Source of the DNA: Botryllus schlosseri
Lineage: Eukaryota
DNA: 64,000 nucleotides
Direction of reading: 5' to 3'
Assembly (NCBI GenBank): GCA_051294905.1
Contig: CM119384.1
Coordinates: 1,178,001-1,242,000, forward strand
The translations under genes and the position numbers were made by a program. This document shows positions 47,901-60,619 of the stretch, piece by piece. The notes below the pieces were generated by a model. That model was not told the DNA's origin and did no database searches. It was given only the letters and a program-made list of their open reading frames with translations. Within the stretch, counting starts at the first letter, position 1, and the number at the start of each line of letters is the position of its first letter.

Positions 47901-50900
47901 TCCGACGCGAAATTTGGCGTTTGTATCAAGCGGCAAGCAATGTTTTTCACCTTCCATGCAGCAAGTGCAGCTGCCAGCGCAGTATTTGAGGCCTGGCAGT
48001 CTCAGCCCGTCGCCTAGCCCGACGAGAAGAACTTTTGTAACGTAAGAACGCTTTTACATTGAACTTTCCTGTCTGTCCGCCAAATACATTAAAGTTTTCT
48101 TTCTCAATTGCAAAAAGTTGCAGGCTTTTCCATCAATTAGAGCTTGGGTTCCCGACCTGATTAATGCACTATCATGTTTTATTTCATTTTATTATTCTAA
48201 CTATCGGTTACAGTCTAAACCAGTTTTTTAAAAATAAAATCACTTTCTTTATTTTGCAAGAGGCTGAAAACATGGGGTGGTGTGTGATTGTCATTTCAAA
48301 ATTTTTAGAGGGGACGTGGTGTAAAAAAGATTCAGGAAAGAATTCGTGTACCCTTGCACAGCGCAGCCTCATTTGACTATTTAACTTGTGTTACTAGCTG
48401 AAAGTGCTACAAATTTACTGAAATGTTATTCTATTGTGTAGTCAATCGGATTGGGAGCATAGAGATCATGCTTGACTTGGTGGGCTGATTACCATAGTTG
48501 TAAATTAATACCGTCGTCTCATGTTTAACTGGAATCTTTGCGTTTCAACAATGTATGGACCATTTCTTCATCTGAGCATTGGTACTCACTGTAGTCTAAA
48601 GCCCTGCAGAAATGTCGTGTATAAAAAATTAATTGTTCTGCTCTAATAGGAGAAGACGAAGTCAAAGCCCGTGTGTGCTGAAACCCAGCGCTCTTGGATC
48701 TATAAAAAGAAAATGTAAGTAAACTCCGAGCAAGATTGTCCTCTGGTTTTCCTGTTACTGGGGCTCATGGTCCATCTAAGAAAGCCCAAAATTATAAACT
48801 ACGCTTTGCCTCACGGGATTGTTCTATTTTGGATACAATAATACCGGCAGCCGGCAGTATAATCTTAAAGTTATCATGTTTTTTGAATAATTTTCGTGAT
48901 TTCAATTGTAGATGACTCCGATTCGGAAGGAGGTTCATCCCCAAAGAGAATGTTCTTGCCTGGATCTCAGCATCAGCAAATGTCAACCATCCCCACAATC
49001 GGTGAATCGTTTGCCGCCTTGCCTGTAACTACGTTTTTTTCGAAGAACGCCGTTTCAAGATCACACAGGTACGAATATCCAGTCTAGTCATTGAATATCT
49101 CAATATGAGTATATTATACATTTATATATACATGAGTATTAGGGTTGTCCAAAATTTGGAAAATCTTAAAGTCTCCGTGATTGTGTCTCATTCTATAGAT
49201 TATTGATGAAAAACAACAATTAGCCTGAATGAAGCTTACAGGAAAGCCGTTACGATTTCGGTCAAAGCGTTTGAAAGTAGCTGCTCAAGAATGGGCGTGC
49301 CACCGACCATAGAACGGCGAGAAGACTAGTAATCAAATAACCACGGCTCTTGATTGGCTAATCGGCTATGCTCCAATGATCATGGAAGCAGCAGCTTGCT
49401 GATTAGGTGTTCAAGAAGTCTGCTACCGGCGGGGATTCTGAGTGCGCATCGTTAGTATTTTGGCTTTTGGCATGTGATGATTTAAGATTAATTCAGGACA
49501 TGTTGAGTTACGAAATACATGATGAACGAACAACACCTGCTTCACAAAACCTTTTACAGCATGACTGCTTTATTGTGAACGAAGCTGCTGTAGCCTACAT
49601 GCCGTGCTTTCATCGAGGAAAAGCAAAGGCGCTTATGCAAGTGGTGAACGAATTCCCCGTTTAGGAAGGGATACATCATCAGTGAATACAAATATAAAGC
49701 TTGACTATGACACTATACTTTGTGTGATCCTATTGGACCCAAGTTGTAGTATATAGCTGAAGTTTTGAAGGTTCTAGGGATCGACTGAATCGGCCGGTTA
49801 TGCTTGGCAGTTATACTTACAGCAAATTGAATTCACTTATAAGGGTTGTCAAAGTCCTTAATGATGCTACAGAAAAGAGGTGTAAGGTAAGCACAGGCTA
49901 TGCTGGATATGATATCTAAACTATGCTGGATACTATATGCAGCATAGTCTGTGCTTTTCTTCACACCTCTTTTCAGCGGGATCAATAAGGACTTTGGCAT
50001 ACCATATCCAGCATAGCCAGTGCGAGTATGCGTACATTACCACCTCTTTTCTGCATTATCGTTAATGACTTTAACAACGCCTACAAGTGCATTCAATTTG
50101 CTGTAAGCATCTGATAAGTGCCAAGCATAACCGGCTGATTCCGCCGATCCCTAGAGCATTCAAAACGTCACCTATATACTACATCTTCAGCCCAATAACA
50201 TCACACAAAGTATAGTGTCATTGTTAAGCTTTATATATTTGTATTCACTGATGATGGATCCGTACTGAAACGGTGAATTCGCTCAACACTTGCATAAGCG
50301 CCTTTGCTTTATCTCGATGAAAACACGGCATGTAGGTTTCAGCCGTTTCCTTCACAATAAAGCAGTCATGCTGTAAAAGCTTCTGTGAAGCAGGTGTTGT
50401 TTGTTCATCATGTATTTCGTAACTCAACATGTCCTGAATTAATCTTAAATCATCGCGTGCCAAAATGCTAACGATGCGCACTCAGAATCCCCGCCGGTAG
50501 CAGACTTCTTGAACACCTAATCAGCAAGCTGCTGCTTCCATGATCATTGGAACATAGCCGATTAGCCAATCAAGAGCCGTGGTTATTTGATTACTAGTCT
50601 TCTCGACGTTCTATGGTCGGTGGCACGCCCATTCTTGAGCAACTACTTTCAAACGCTTTGACCGAAATCTTAACGGCATTTCTGTAAGTTTCTTTCAGGC
50701 TAATCATTGTTTTTTATCAGTAATCTATAGAATGAGACACAATCACGGAGAATTTTTAAGATTTTCCAAATTTTGGACAACCCTAATGAGTATGTTTAAA
50801 TTTTCTTCCTAAATCCATCACTACTATACAATGCATGTAATGCAGATCGCGATATTCAATCAAAATGCCACGATTACGCTGCCTACGAACCTCGCATCCG

Positions 50901-53146
50901 TAATCCAGATTCACAATAAAGGCAATGTGGCAAAGTATGAGTAGCAATTAAAGTCACAAGAAATCACTCTTTCCATATAGTTTAGTTCAAACCTTCTTTT
51001 GTTGCCATTGTCAATTACGCATTATATGGCATGTGTTTCAAATTGTTACGTGATGCGTTTCCGAATCCCTAATTCGTAAAACAAGTCAAATGTCAATCAG
51101 TTCCTGTGATCACTATACGACTCACCATATCTATCACCCACTAAGGATTGACGGGCATGCCAAAAATAGAAAACCGGAAACTGAATTCAAAGAAGGTTTA
51201 GACTTTAGAGCACTAGATACTTGTATACTGGAGTGCGGGGTAAACCCGTCCTTTTCGTTTTTGCGCAGCATGTCGCCGAGATCAATGATTTTAATTTTAA
51301 ATTCGTTCTTATGACAAAAAAACTAAACACTCGGTCAAGGGCGGGCGAACTTCAGAAAAACCGCAAGCATCGCTCGAAATCAAGGCTATTCAAGCGGCAC
51401 ACTGCTGGGAAGGCAGCGACCAAGAAAATATGCTTTGTACCATTGCATATGCATTTCTGTGCAGTGGTTCTTGATCGGGGGCGTTAAAGTATCAGAAGGG
51501 GGCGCGAAGCAAAAGTTCAATGAATTTTTTTTCGCGCTCCGCGCGTTTTACTGCCAGCTTCTTGTTGTTGCTCTGTATATTGTCAGACTTCGATATTTCA
51601 GAATTCTCTCATCAACAGCCATTACCTTCAATGCCATCAAACTATCCGTTGGGATTGCTAGCATTCTGGTTGCACTTCGATATATTTTGTGATATCATGA
51701 TAAGGGGCGCGACATATTTTACCTTCATTGAGGGAGGTGTGCCTAAAAAGGTCTAAGAACCACTATTTTAGAGTCTTAATAGAAGAGCGTGAATAGGGGT
51801 TTACAGAGAGTTAGAATGTACCATATTTTACATTGTTTCGAATCATGACGGCAAATAGATATTTTTTAATTAACCGTCACTGTCTCATTTCCTAACATCA
51901 ACACATTCACTGAGCAGCATTTCGTAACAATGTAATTTAGAAATAAAATTAAAATACGCTGGATAATATAGCTAAAAATTCACTCGGCCCGCCAACGTAG
52001 TTTCTACTTCTCATTTGGCCCGCTGATGAAAATAATTGCCCACCCCTGCTCTGGATTAGTCGAATATGTTGTTAACAAGATATTTGGTGATACCAATGTA
52101 ATGTTAATCTACAATGTTCTTGTGTACTCTCAACTACTTGCTGACGATTACCCCTTGTTATATTCAGTTTATCCTCAAGCTCAGTGGACAGCGTCAACGA
52201 AATCAACATATCACCAAACCCGCTGCAGCCAGTCGGCTTCCTACCGACAAGCTACCCTTTGGGTGTCACTACACAGCCACGTGACGGTCATGTGGGATCA
52301 CCGTTTCAATCTCCCCTTCACCCCTTTGCGAACACGATCGGCAATCCGGATCTGATGAGATGTTCGTCTCCTGCTAGTTCGACATGCTCTTCTTCGTCTC
52401 TGGAAGGGCTGATGAAGGATCCGGCTCCGTTTGCTCAGAGTCATTTGGTGACTACGTCGTTGGTGAAGCCGCAGATTAAGGTATTTTTAGTTTCCTGTGT
52501 TATCTACGTTTTTTCAATTTGTTTATGCACCCATTTGTCATAGACTTGTTCAAGCTATCAATCTAGTTAAGTTGACGGTCGACTAACTATTGTTTTTTGA
52601 GTAATTCTAGTTCTAGTTGCACATTTTGAATAGTATGTAGTTCTACATCTAGTTGCACATTATAAAAAGTGTGTAGTTCTAGTCCCATTTCTAGTTCCGC
52701 ATTTCAAAGGTATTTGGCTACGGATTTTGGAAAGTGAGTAGGTTTTGTTATAGTTCTAGCTGTGTATTTTGAAATGTATGTAGTTACGGATTTGGAAAAG
52801 CGAGTAGTTCTAGTTCTTCTGCTCGGCAATACTACGGTGGTCAGTAACAAAGTATTTTTCTGTTTAATAGTAAGCTACTCAGGGTCTATCTAAATCTATA
52901 CCGTAACTGGCATATGTTTATGTGCATTGACACTTGAACATGAGTAAGATTATCTGATCCTTGTTATATTGGCATATGTACTGTGCATAGATTTAACCCA
53001 AATACTCTATCAGAATTTAGAACATTTGTTTTTTCAAAATTCCCTCTTATCATTACCATTCACTCTTATCATGTTATTCTCCAATTTAGGAATTGCAGAC
53101 TTCAGATACGCCTTGTAACGTTTCTTCAACGAAACTCACATCATGA
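29932..53146 (+). CDS. PABIR1: FAM122/PABIR-like PP2A-B55 inhibitor; coding exons 29932-30536, 34066-34153, 37033-37086, 37169-37215, 37959-38010, 46595-46715, 47759-48041, 48650-48714, 48912-49068, 52180-52480, 53090-53146 (about 609 aa)
   Basis: Phase-consistent GT-AG exons give FAM122 motifs in the expected order: LKRCNSAPML, ARRFSAT, SRLYQLKK|EE, KETAHER|EVQ, PSPTR..GKQCFSPSMQ, PSPSPTRR, RRSQSP..PSALGSIKRK, PKRMF. Confidence 0.86.
31990..32541. mobile_element. hAT-type MITE, family B (reverse orientation)
   Basis: CAGGGTTGTAATGACTCGAGTC...GGTTACTACCTTA; TSD CCAATACC. Confidence 0.88.
33224..33650. mobile_element. hAT-type MITE with (GGATTW)n subterminal repeats
   Basis: TIR CAGAGATGAGC / GCTCATCTCTG; TSD TCAATAAC. 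Confidence 0.9.
34257..34874. mobile_element. Near-perfect palindromic hAT-type MITE
   Basis: TIR TAGGGCGGTTCAAAAATAAC. TSD ATGTGCAG at 34249-34256 and 34875-34882. Arms of about 290 bp pair around a centre near 34565. Related fragments lie at about 12000-12300, 16660-16940, 40233-40399, 41900-42240, 42807-43190, 54380-54720 and 59180-59520. Confidence 0.9.
38331..38513. mobile_element. TTAA-flanked MITE with purine termini (Kolobok-like)
   Basis: TTAA-AGGGGGCACTGCACTCTAAA...TTTAGAGTGCAGTGCACCT-TTAA. Confidence 0.75.
43672..46009. mobile_element. Fold-back DNA transposon made of two 3' halves of a hAT-like transposase element, 9-bp TSD
   Basis: The first 66 bp of the TIRs (TAGGGTGGAGTG...) are identical. 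ATGCTATGG lies at 43663-43671 and 46010-46018. Arms are 43672-44754 and 44793-46009, with a decayed transposase frame (YFPSWFEIK, QNACFAH, FKIPIINI, HPWHNQAVE..VKVVTEA, RRDGLI) reading outward in both. Confidence 0.88.
47081..47552. mobile_element. hAT-type MITE, family B (reverse orientation, altered left end)
   Basis: Right end GGTTACAACCCTG; flanks GGTTCAAT / GGTTGAAA match at 6 of 8 positions. Confidence 0.72.
49140..50785. mobile_element. Fold-back DNA transposon with transposase remnants in both arms, 8-bp TSD
   Basis: TIR TAGGGTTGTCCAAAATTTGG. ATGAGTAT lies at 49132-49139 and 50786-50793. Arms of about 770 bp carry DDLRLIQDMLSY and VKV(L/I)ND(AT/NA)EKR reading inward. Confidence 0.88.
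51462..51765. mobile_element. Old hAT-type MITE
   Basis: CAGTGGTTCTT / AAGAACCACTA; TSD degenerate. Confidence 0.55.
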
Positions 53147-55284
53147 CCTAGGACCTATCGCGTTTCTGGTCTGTTGTCGAGGTAAGTTGAACTTTTGGTC
53201 ATTTTTGTACCTGATAATTGGCAGGGTTGCTTAATGTGAAAATGCTCAGCATTTGGCTAAAAATCTTCAAACTTGACATACCAGAGACATTTCATAGCTG
53301 TTCAAAAGAAAATCCAGTTGCAAGATAAAATACTGCATTTTTATACATTATTGTTATGTAGACTGCAGATCATTTCTAAAACCGCCTTTAATTACAAGCC
53401 GAGAGCATTTTGCACATTCTTGACATGCATCGTTCTAGACACGAAGTCTGCTTGGTATGAGTCAAACATGGCATTAGCGCTAGTTCAAGATCTTATGCCT
53501 CGAGGAGATGGGTTGTTTTGAAGAAATTAATTTAGACTATGGCTGCGTTGCGCGGTTGATGAATGTCTAAACTCAAAACACAAATGGTGGTAGTGTTTTG
53601 ATGATGCCTGAATGTGGACCACTGAAAATTTTCATTTTTTTCAAATTAGATTAGAATTATAACTAAAAAACTTGGAAATTGAATTAAATTTTGAAATTCA
53701 TTTCGTGTATATTCTCATTAACACGAAATGGAAAGTGTCTCCACAGCAAGCTTGGTTCGTTTTGCTCTGTACAGTTCACCTGTAGCATTTTCAGAAACGC
53801 ATAGAAACATTTCAACAATTAGACTAGACTTAGATACCGGCATTTCGCTCTAATTCGACAACAAGACGTATCTTTTGTTCGCACAGAACTTCACCACGAG
53901 AAATCGTTTCTTCCTCAACGACGCGAGACGGGAATTGTGTGCGAAGCAAACCAATTCATCCGGCGGAGAGATTTTTTGGAATATTGGGTCTTGCGAGGAG
54001 TAATGATTTATTACTGTGCTTCACATGTAGACATGACATTTTAGTCTGGTCGCATGGTCTAAATACTGCACGATTTTGCTGTGAAGACATTTCAAAATAT
54101 TGGATTTGCTGCGAAAACTCGCATTGCATATCAGTTCGCACCATTTTCTAAACTGACGCGAACGGTTGACTTATTGACAACGTAGGTTACTAGGTGTAGA
54201 GCCCTTCCAAAATCGTGATTTTTAAGGCGATACCAATAATACCAATAACTAGCACCTTCACCGATAACCCCAATATATTCGGCCTATATTTAAAAGATAT
54301 GGCCTCTAGCTTAAAGAACGTTTCCAAAACTTAATCTCATTTATTTGAGCACATTAACGCTATGCTTGAGCAAATGGGCATTAGGGTTGTTCCAAATCTA
54401 CTTTTTTTTTCGGATCCCGGGGATTCATTAATTACATTGTTACGTTGCCTGAAAAACGCTGCACACCAAATTTTACTCGATTTCAACTGGTAGATGTGAA
54501 CGCGCAGAAGTTTGAAAAATTTTTTTCTAAATTTATGCTGTCAATCTCATGAAATGGTTAAGTTGTCTAAATGAACGATGCTTCAAAATTTTTGCTCCAA
54601 TCGGTAGAAGCGAAGTTTTGCAGTTGAAAATTTTGGATTCGCTAAAATAGCCTGGACACTGGACAGTGGGTAATCCCAGAAATTTGAATGAAAAACTCAA
54701 ACAACTTGACTTCTACGGGTTGGAATTGCGTCAAATTTGTTTTGCATTGTTTTAAAAAAAAACTTTAAATAATCTGGAAATTTTCTAGTTGTCCAAGTCT
54801 GCTAATTCTCATCTAATTTGGAAATAAATGTGTAGCTATAATTCTAATTTTAATCTAATTTGGAAAATATGTTTGATTTTAATTCTAATGTAATTCAGAA
54901 AAGCTGAAAATTTTCTAGCTGTCCGAGTGGCATACATGTCTACGTTCTCAGCCTTGCTGGTATCAATATCCTCATCAGTATTACTGCAATTGTTGCGTTA
55001 GCGGCATTATCCTCAGCCTGATTAGCTAAGAGTTTCCGCCTGTTTTTCAGTGGAAGATCTGTCGCACTGCCTCATGTAGAAATATGTGCTCACCAATCAC
55101 AAGTGTGTTACGATGTGTATTATACCTTTTGTCAGTTGTTATTCTCGTGGGGTATGGAAAGGGTTGCGGCTGAGGATTAAGCTGTATTGATATATGGTGT
55201 GATCAGATTCTTAGTGGCGTTGGTGTGGTCTATGATGAAGTAGGCTACTCGAGTAGGTTGCTAGCTTGCTACTTGCTCCACCAA

Positions 55285-55460
55285 CAAGATAGTGTAATGG
55301 AAAAGTATGCAGCTTCGTGGCTTCGATCCCCAGCCAGGTCAGACGAAAGACTTGATCAGTAACACTGGTATCCATGGCTTCCCCGCTTCGTGCTCAGCAT
55401 TACAGGGATATCATGGACGGGTGGTAGAAAGGCTATCTTCATTTTAGTCGTCCAGCGGCA
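55285..55460 (+). mobile_element. tRNA-derived SINE, second copy
   Basis: GATAGTGTAATGG...CTTCGATCCCCAGCCAGGTCAGACGAAAGAC...GCTCAGCATT is collinear with 28612-28815; (ATC)n lies further downstream. Confidence 0.7.
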
Positions 55461-55603
55461 TAGGTACAGGTCGTGTATATGTATATCATGAGTAGGTGTA
55501 TGTTATGCCGCAGAAACACCAAGCAAAAAATCTGTAACGTCCTATCATCATCATTTTATTAAATTATTTATCAGATCAATACACGTCATCACTTGCCGTA
55601 GAT

Positions 55604-57198
55604 CAGGGGTCGGCAACCTTTTGCTAGTCGCGGGCCAAATTTCGGGTGTACAACCTTTTGACAGGCCGGATTTTTTCTTAGTACTATATTTTACGCTCAC
55701 TTCGGTATATTATCCTATACATTGCTGCAATCTCAATCATACCAATCCGAAGACACATGTATTTACACTTCAACGACACAGGATAATTGTGACAATTGAC
55801 GCAACTTGCTTTGTGAAAGGTTTTCAACTTCTAGTAACAAGTCAGATGAAACAAGAATCAGACCCTATTCAAAATGGACGTCCGAAATACGTGATCTTAG
55901 CTTGCTCTTCGTGAATTTCATTGTTCAAAACTATTGTTCACATGCGTACGCGTGCTTCCAAAAATCTATGTAATTTCTTTTGCATTGCTGGTCAGTGGTC
56001 AAGCTGGGATAAAGACCAATTTCAAGAACGTACTCTTTGTCAAAGTCATGCACCGATATGCTCTTTGTCTGAAATTTGTCATTCAATTCAACTGCATCGC
56101 ATTTCAGAAAGGCCCATTTGAAATTTTCAGGCAATGGTATTGGCGTCCACATTAAACAGAGTACTGAATAGTCAGAATTCATTTTGTAGAGAAGGAAAGT
56201 CGAAAAAGCAGGTGAATATTTAGTAGTTCAATTTCGTATCACAATTAAAAATGTAGTGTTGGTACTAGGTTTTCTCTCCTCCAGTATAGGAAAGTGAGCA
56301 TAATTTTCTTTGTACTGTTGACATTTCCAGAGTCACAGATTTGTTTTGAATGCGCCTCAACATCTCATGTATGTAGTTGTTTTCCCCTGAAGTTGCAAGT
56401 TCAATTTGTTCAGATGTGACGTTAAATGTACCAGGAAAGCAAGATGAGATAGGCTACCCATTTTCGATTACAAGATTATGAGTCGGCGATATTTGTGTTT
56501 TCGAGGAAAGTTGCTATTTCATTTCTCAGTTCATACACTCGTGTAAGCATGGCTGCTCGACTCAATGAGCGAACATGACAGATATAGGCCTACATGACAT
56601 CGCCATATTGATTCTCTGCTTCTAGTAATATCTGGCGTAACTGATTCAGTTGATGAGACAAAAATCATATTAACTGTTTTCAACATTGTGGCCAAAACAC
56701 TATTCAGGTTTTTTGTCTTGGCACACAATGCCTTCTGGAAAATCAAACTATAGACAGGCTAACTAACATACGGAGGCTAGTTATCTATAATTGAATAGTT
56801 TGAGATTCCGTCATTGCGTCTGAGATGCTCCAAGCGTTCTTGAAGCAAAGGAAGAACACCTTTATTGTCACACCCCGTTAGAGTGATTAACCCTTTAAAA
56901 AAGCATGGAACACCTTCGGTTGCGAGATACACCCGATTGATAAACACTGATCCAGTCTAGTCTATCTCCATCTCCTACTTCAACCACCTTCGTTTTATGG
57001 CGTAAGACTAATACGATGTAGGCTACTATTATATCGTAGCAATGCCGCATTTTTTCCATGCAGCGCTGCACTGCAGATTGAAACTCATTATGAAGCGGCG
57101 GGTCGTATTCTTGTGATAACTAATTATTATGTCGCGGGCCGGACGATTTCGCTTGGCGGGCCGGATCCGGCCCGCGGGCCGTAGGTTGCCGACCCTTG
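55604..57198 (-). mobile_element. Internally deleted Buster/Charlie-type hAT with transposase remnants
   Basis: TIR CAGGGGTCGGCAACC; TSD CCGTAGAT. Minus-strand remnants QKALCAK..L..V...LKTVNMI (about 56670-56740) and AYACEQ.F.TMKFTKSKLRSRISD (about 55870-55950) resemble the GTF2IRD2/ZBED5-type transposase core and dimerisation domain. Confidence 0.85.
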
Positions 57199-59721
57199 CC
57201 GTAGATGGCGCCCGTTACAATCCCCATTTTATTTAAATTTTTATCAAATCAATACACCACAAGATTGCGATATTATGAAAAGATAGGAGGGTGCCGAAAC
57301 GACTTGAAGTAGTCTTTTAATCAGGCACCCACTTGGCCTGCAGCATGTAAGTGAGAGGCATGTAGACTGGATTTAAGAAATGGTAAAATAAAAGGAAGCG
57401 ACAAAAATGAATGCCGCATGTGTTGGTAGGTGAAGTCGATATGTCAGATTGTGGTCCGGTAATCTTTTTGAGGGCTGACAAGTAGCCTATCCTTTCAGAG
57501 TACTTGTACTTCTACTTAACAGTTTTCAGTTTCTCGTCGAAACTAGCTCTTGATACCTTCCATATAGACCCAATTGGTGGCGTAAAACTTTACGGCACCT
57601 CCGCATCTCCATCGTCTGATCAGGACTGTCTCTGCGCCAGGATGCGTAATCGCACAGAAAATCAACTTGGGTCATAAACCCATAACACATTTCACAGTAG
57701 TTCCTGCAACTATTCTTACAATACTGGAGTAAAATCCACCGGAAAAATTATCAAATTTTTCCCGACTCTGTGGTTAAAAAAAGGGTCACTTTTCCAACTC
57801 GACTCTAGAAATATACGCTTTTGTTGACTTCTCCGTTGGTTGACTATAAAAAATAGGTCAACTTTCCGGCTCAACTCCCGAAATACCCGCCGGAGCGTTA
57901 CTTGAGTACTGATTTACTACATCTCAGTCGAATTTTAACCTATATTTAACCAAAATTTTCAAAAAATGGGACATGGCACCTTCCAAAGAGTCGAAAAAGG
58001 GGACAAATCCTCTTAAAAGGGGGCGTATGGTAAGTTGGTAACCCTGTGACATGCGAATATATTTAGCCTGATACGATTATAATTAACGGCCGACGGCTCC
58101 GCATTCGTCAAGATATCTTCCTTCTCTAAATTATCAAGCCGGTAAGGCTACATATTTTAATATCTGTCACAATGTACCCTGAGGCTTGCCGATTCCACGG
58201 CCTGGGCTGCAGAATGCACAATGCATCGTGCGTAAGCACAGCTTATTGAAGAAGAAAAGACGAACTGATTAGAGCTACAAGTCTACAGTATACACCTGAA
58301 GATGTACGAGCAGAGGGAAAGGCAGTATGCAATAATAGAAGGTTCACTTAGCCTAGCAAGTCACTGAACTTGTACGCACACTCGCGCAGTGTACAGCTAA
58401 AGTGCAGCATATGCTGCGATGTGGCGGCGCTCACGGCTAGACGCAAGTGATAGCCGCCGCCGACATCGTTGTGTAGTATTAATGATACCCCGAGGCATTC
58501 ATTCTCTAAAAATTTAGTTCCCATTACACCAAAAAGAGTGGGCAGTCTTTTTCACCACGGACGCTATAATATCAAGACGTGTAGACGATGACGCTAAGTA
58601 GATGACTAGGACGGCTTGGTCTAGAACCGTCAACTCAGAAAAGAGCCTGCTAAATGAAAATGAGATGAGATAGAGAGTGTATGTTTGTTTACCAACAGAA
58701 AATGGAAGCCGTCGACACATGAGTTCACGGTTATAATCTCAGTGGTTGGTGGTCTTATGTAGACAGATTGACCGTTACGATATACCGTTTCCGTCAAGGC
58801 ATGATTACGACTATAATCGTTTTGATTATATACAATTTTGAGGCCGATTATTGTAGCCGATTTTTTCGCGTTTCGCTTCATTTACTAGAGCAATATTTCT
58901 TAATTTCCGTGAGTCCGACCCTAGAACAGTGCTCTTCAACCGATGTGCACGGTGCGCTCTGGGGCGCACAAAATATAGATTATATATGTATTAGGGTACA
59001 CCGTGGCCCACTAGGACATGGGTACACCAGTACGAAAGGGTAAGCCTATACAAGGGATTATCACAAACTTCTCATTTTAATTCATCACACGATTTTCGAT
59101 TGTATTCAGCAGATTTCGAAATTGTGAATAAGAGCCTAAGGACTAGGCACTTTCCTGATGTCTTCTGAGTAATTTGGATTGTGAGTAAAATAGTATTTAC
59201 GGTGACCAATTCTTTAATTATTTATTATAGTGGTGCCCACCGTAAATACTATTTTATTCAAATCCAAATTTTTCGACGACAATAACTCCGCTTGTACTGG
59301 TTGAAATTCAACCAAATTTGGTGAACATCGTTTCTATAGACTTTCATGGGGTAAACAGAAAATTTTCAAATTTTTGGTTATTTATTTTTATGTATTAGAT
59401 AGAAACTTTCTTCTCCTGTAGCAATGCGGCTACTGGTTGGAATTGAACCAAATTTGGTGTGTAGGCTTGAATTAGGTAACCTAACAATTTTATCAAGTAG
59501 CCAGTACGATTTGAGAAAAATAGTCATTTTTGAAGAGCTCTGTACACAACAGACTTGCACAGGTTGATAATTTTAGTTTAGACTAATTAGATACAACGAA
59601 ATTACAGTAGTCTAATTTGGGAAATTTTAATAGATGCTCTAATTTTAATGTCATTTCAGGTTGTCCTGTAGATGCTACAGGAGAATTGTACAATGCTAAA
59701 CGAGCCAGACTTGCTGGACCT

Positions 59722-60140
59722 TAGGGTTGCATTTAAAACAAACGGCGCTTTAAAACACTTTGTTCAAAACATGTTTAAAACGGTGTTTAAAACAAAGGCC
59801 TTTAAAAATATTGTGTTTTTTTAAGTTGTTAAATTATGCCATAATTGTGTAAATACGCCCCAAAAAACATGTTGTATTAGCCTACGGACAATTGCCACCC
59901 GACATAGCCGACGAATATCGATATGGGATGGTTAGAACCCTCAAAATAGTCGATTCAACAGCAATAGTACAGATATTTTCAATTGTCAATGTCATTCCAC
60001 TATGACGTAACAATTGAATTTTCGTGACGTCATGGCTTAAAAACAAAACAATAAAAATACAATAAAAGACGTGTTTTAAATAAGGGCCTTGCTTTAAACA
60101 TGTTTGTTTTAAATTGATTTTTGTTTTAAATGCAACCTTA
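59722..60140. mobile_element. hAT-type MITE with TTTAAAAC subterminal repeats
   Basis: TIR TAGGGTTGCATTTAAAACAAA; flanks CTGGACCT / CTGGACAC match at 6 of 8 positions. Confidence 0.75.
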
Positions 60141-60619
60141 CTGGACACGGTGTACAGTACAGACATATGCTATTCTCGTGCTTATGAGAATGAACTATAT
60201 AATTCGACATGACCTGAACCTAATTCAATGTCCAAGTTTGTGCGAATTAACTACTTCAAATTCCAATCTAATTTGGAAAGAAACTGTGGAAACTAGTTCA
60301 ATCTAGGTGGGAAAGCTGAAATGTTTCTAGTTGTACAAGTCTGCCCGGGTCAGACAGACGGACAGATTCTTTATTCGTACGATGATTGTTCACACAAATA
60401 TGTAAAAAAAGACAAACACAGCGATATGACCACATCAAGATGTGTAGTCTTCAAGTCAGCTGTAGTCAAGGCGTAACGTTAAAACATTTATATCATGCAA
60501 CTGTCGGTCAGTAACACTTCAACAAAAGATTAAACAACAGAACGCAAACGCAAAACAGTTCGAATTAATATGCGTTTGCTTTTCTTTTCAAGCAGACGTC
60601 CAGCAGCCATGTGGCAACC

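Noticed and set aside
49407-50481. ORFs of 85 aa (+) and 78 aa (-) as small genes
   Set aside because: Mirror-image, frameshifted transposase remnants of the fold-back element.
60611-60619. GTG start given by the ORF track for the sulfotransferase
   Set aside because: An in-frame ATG lies three codons later, directly before the signal anchor.
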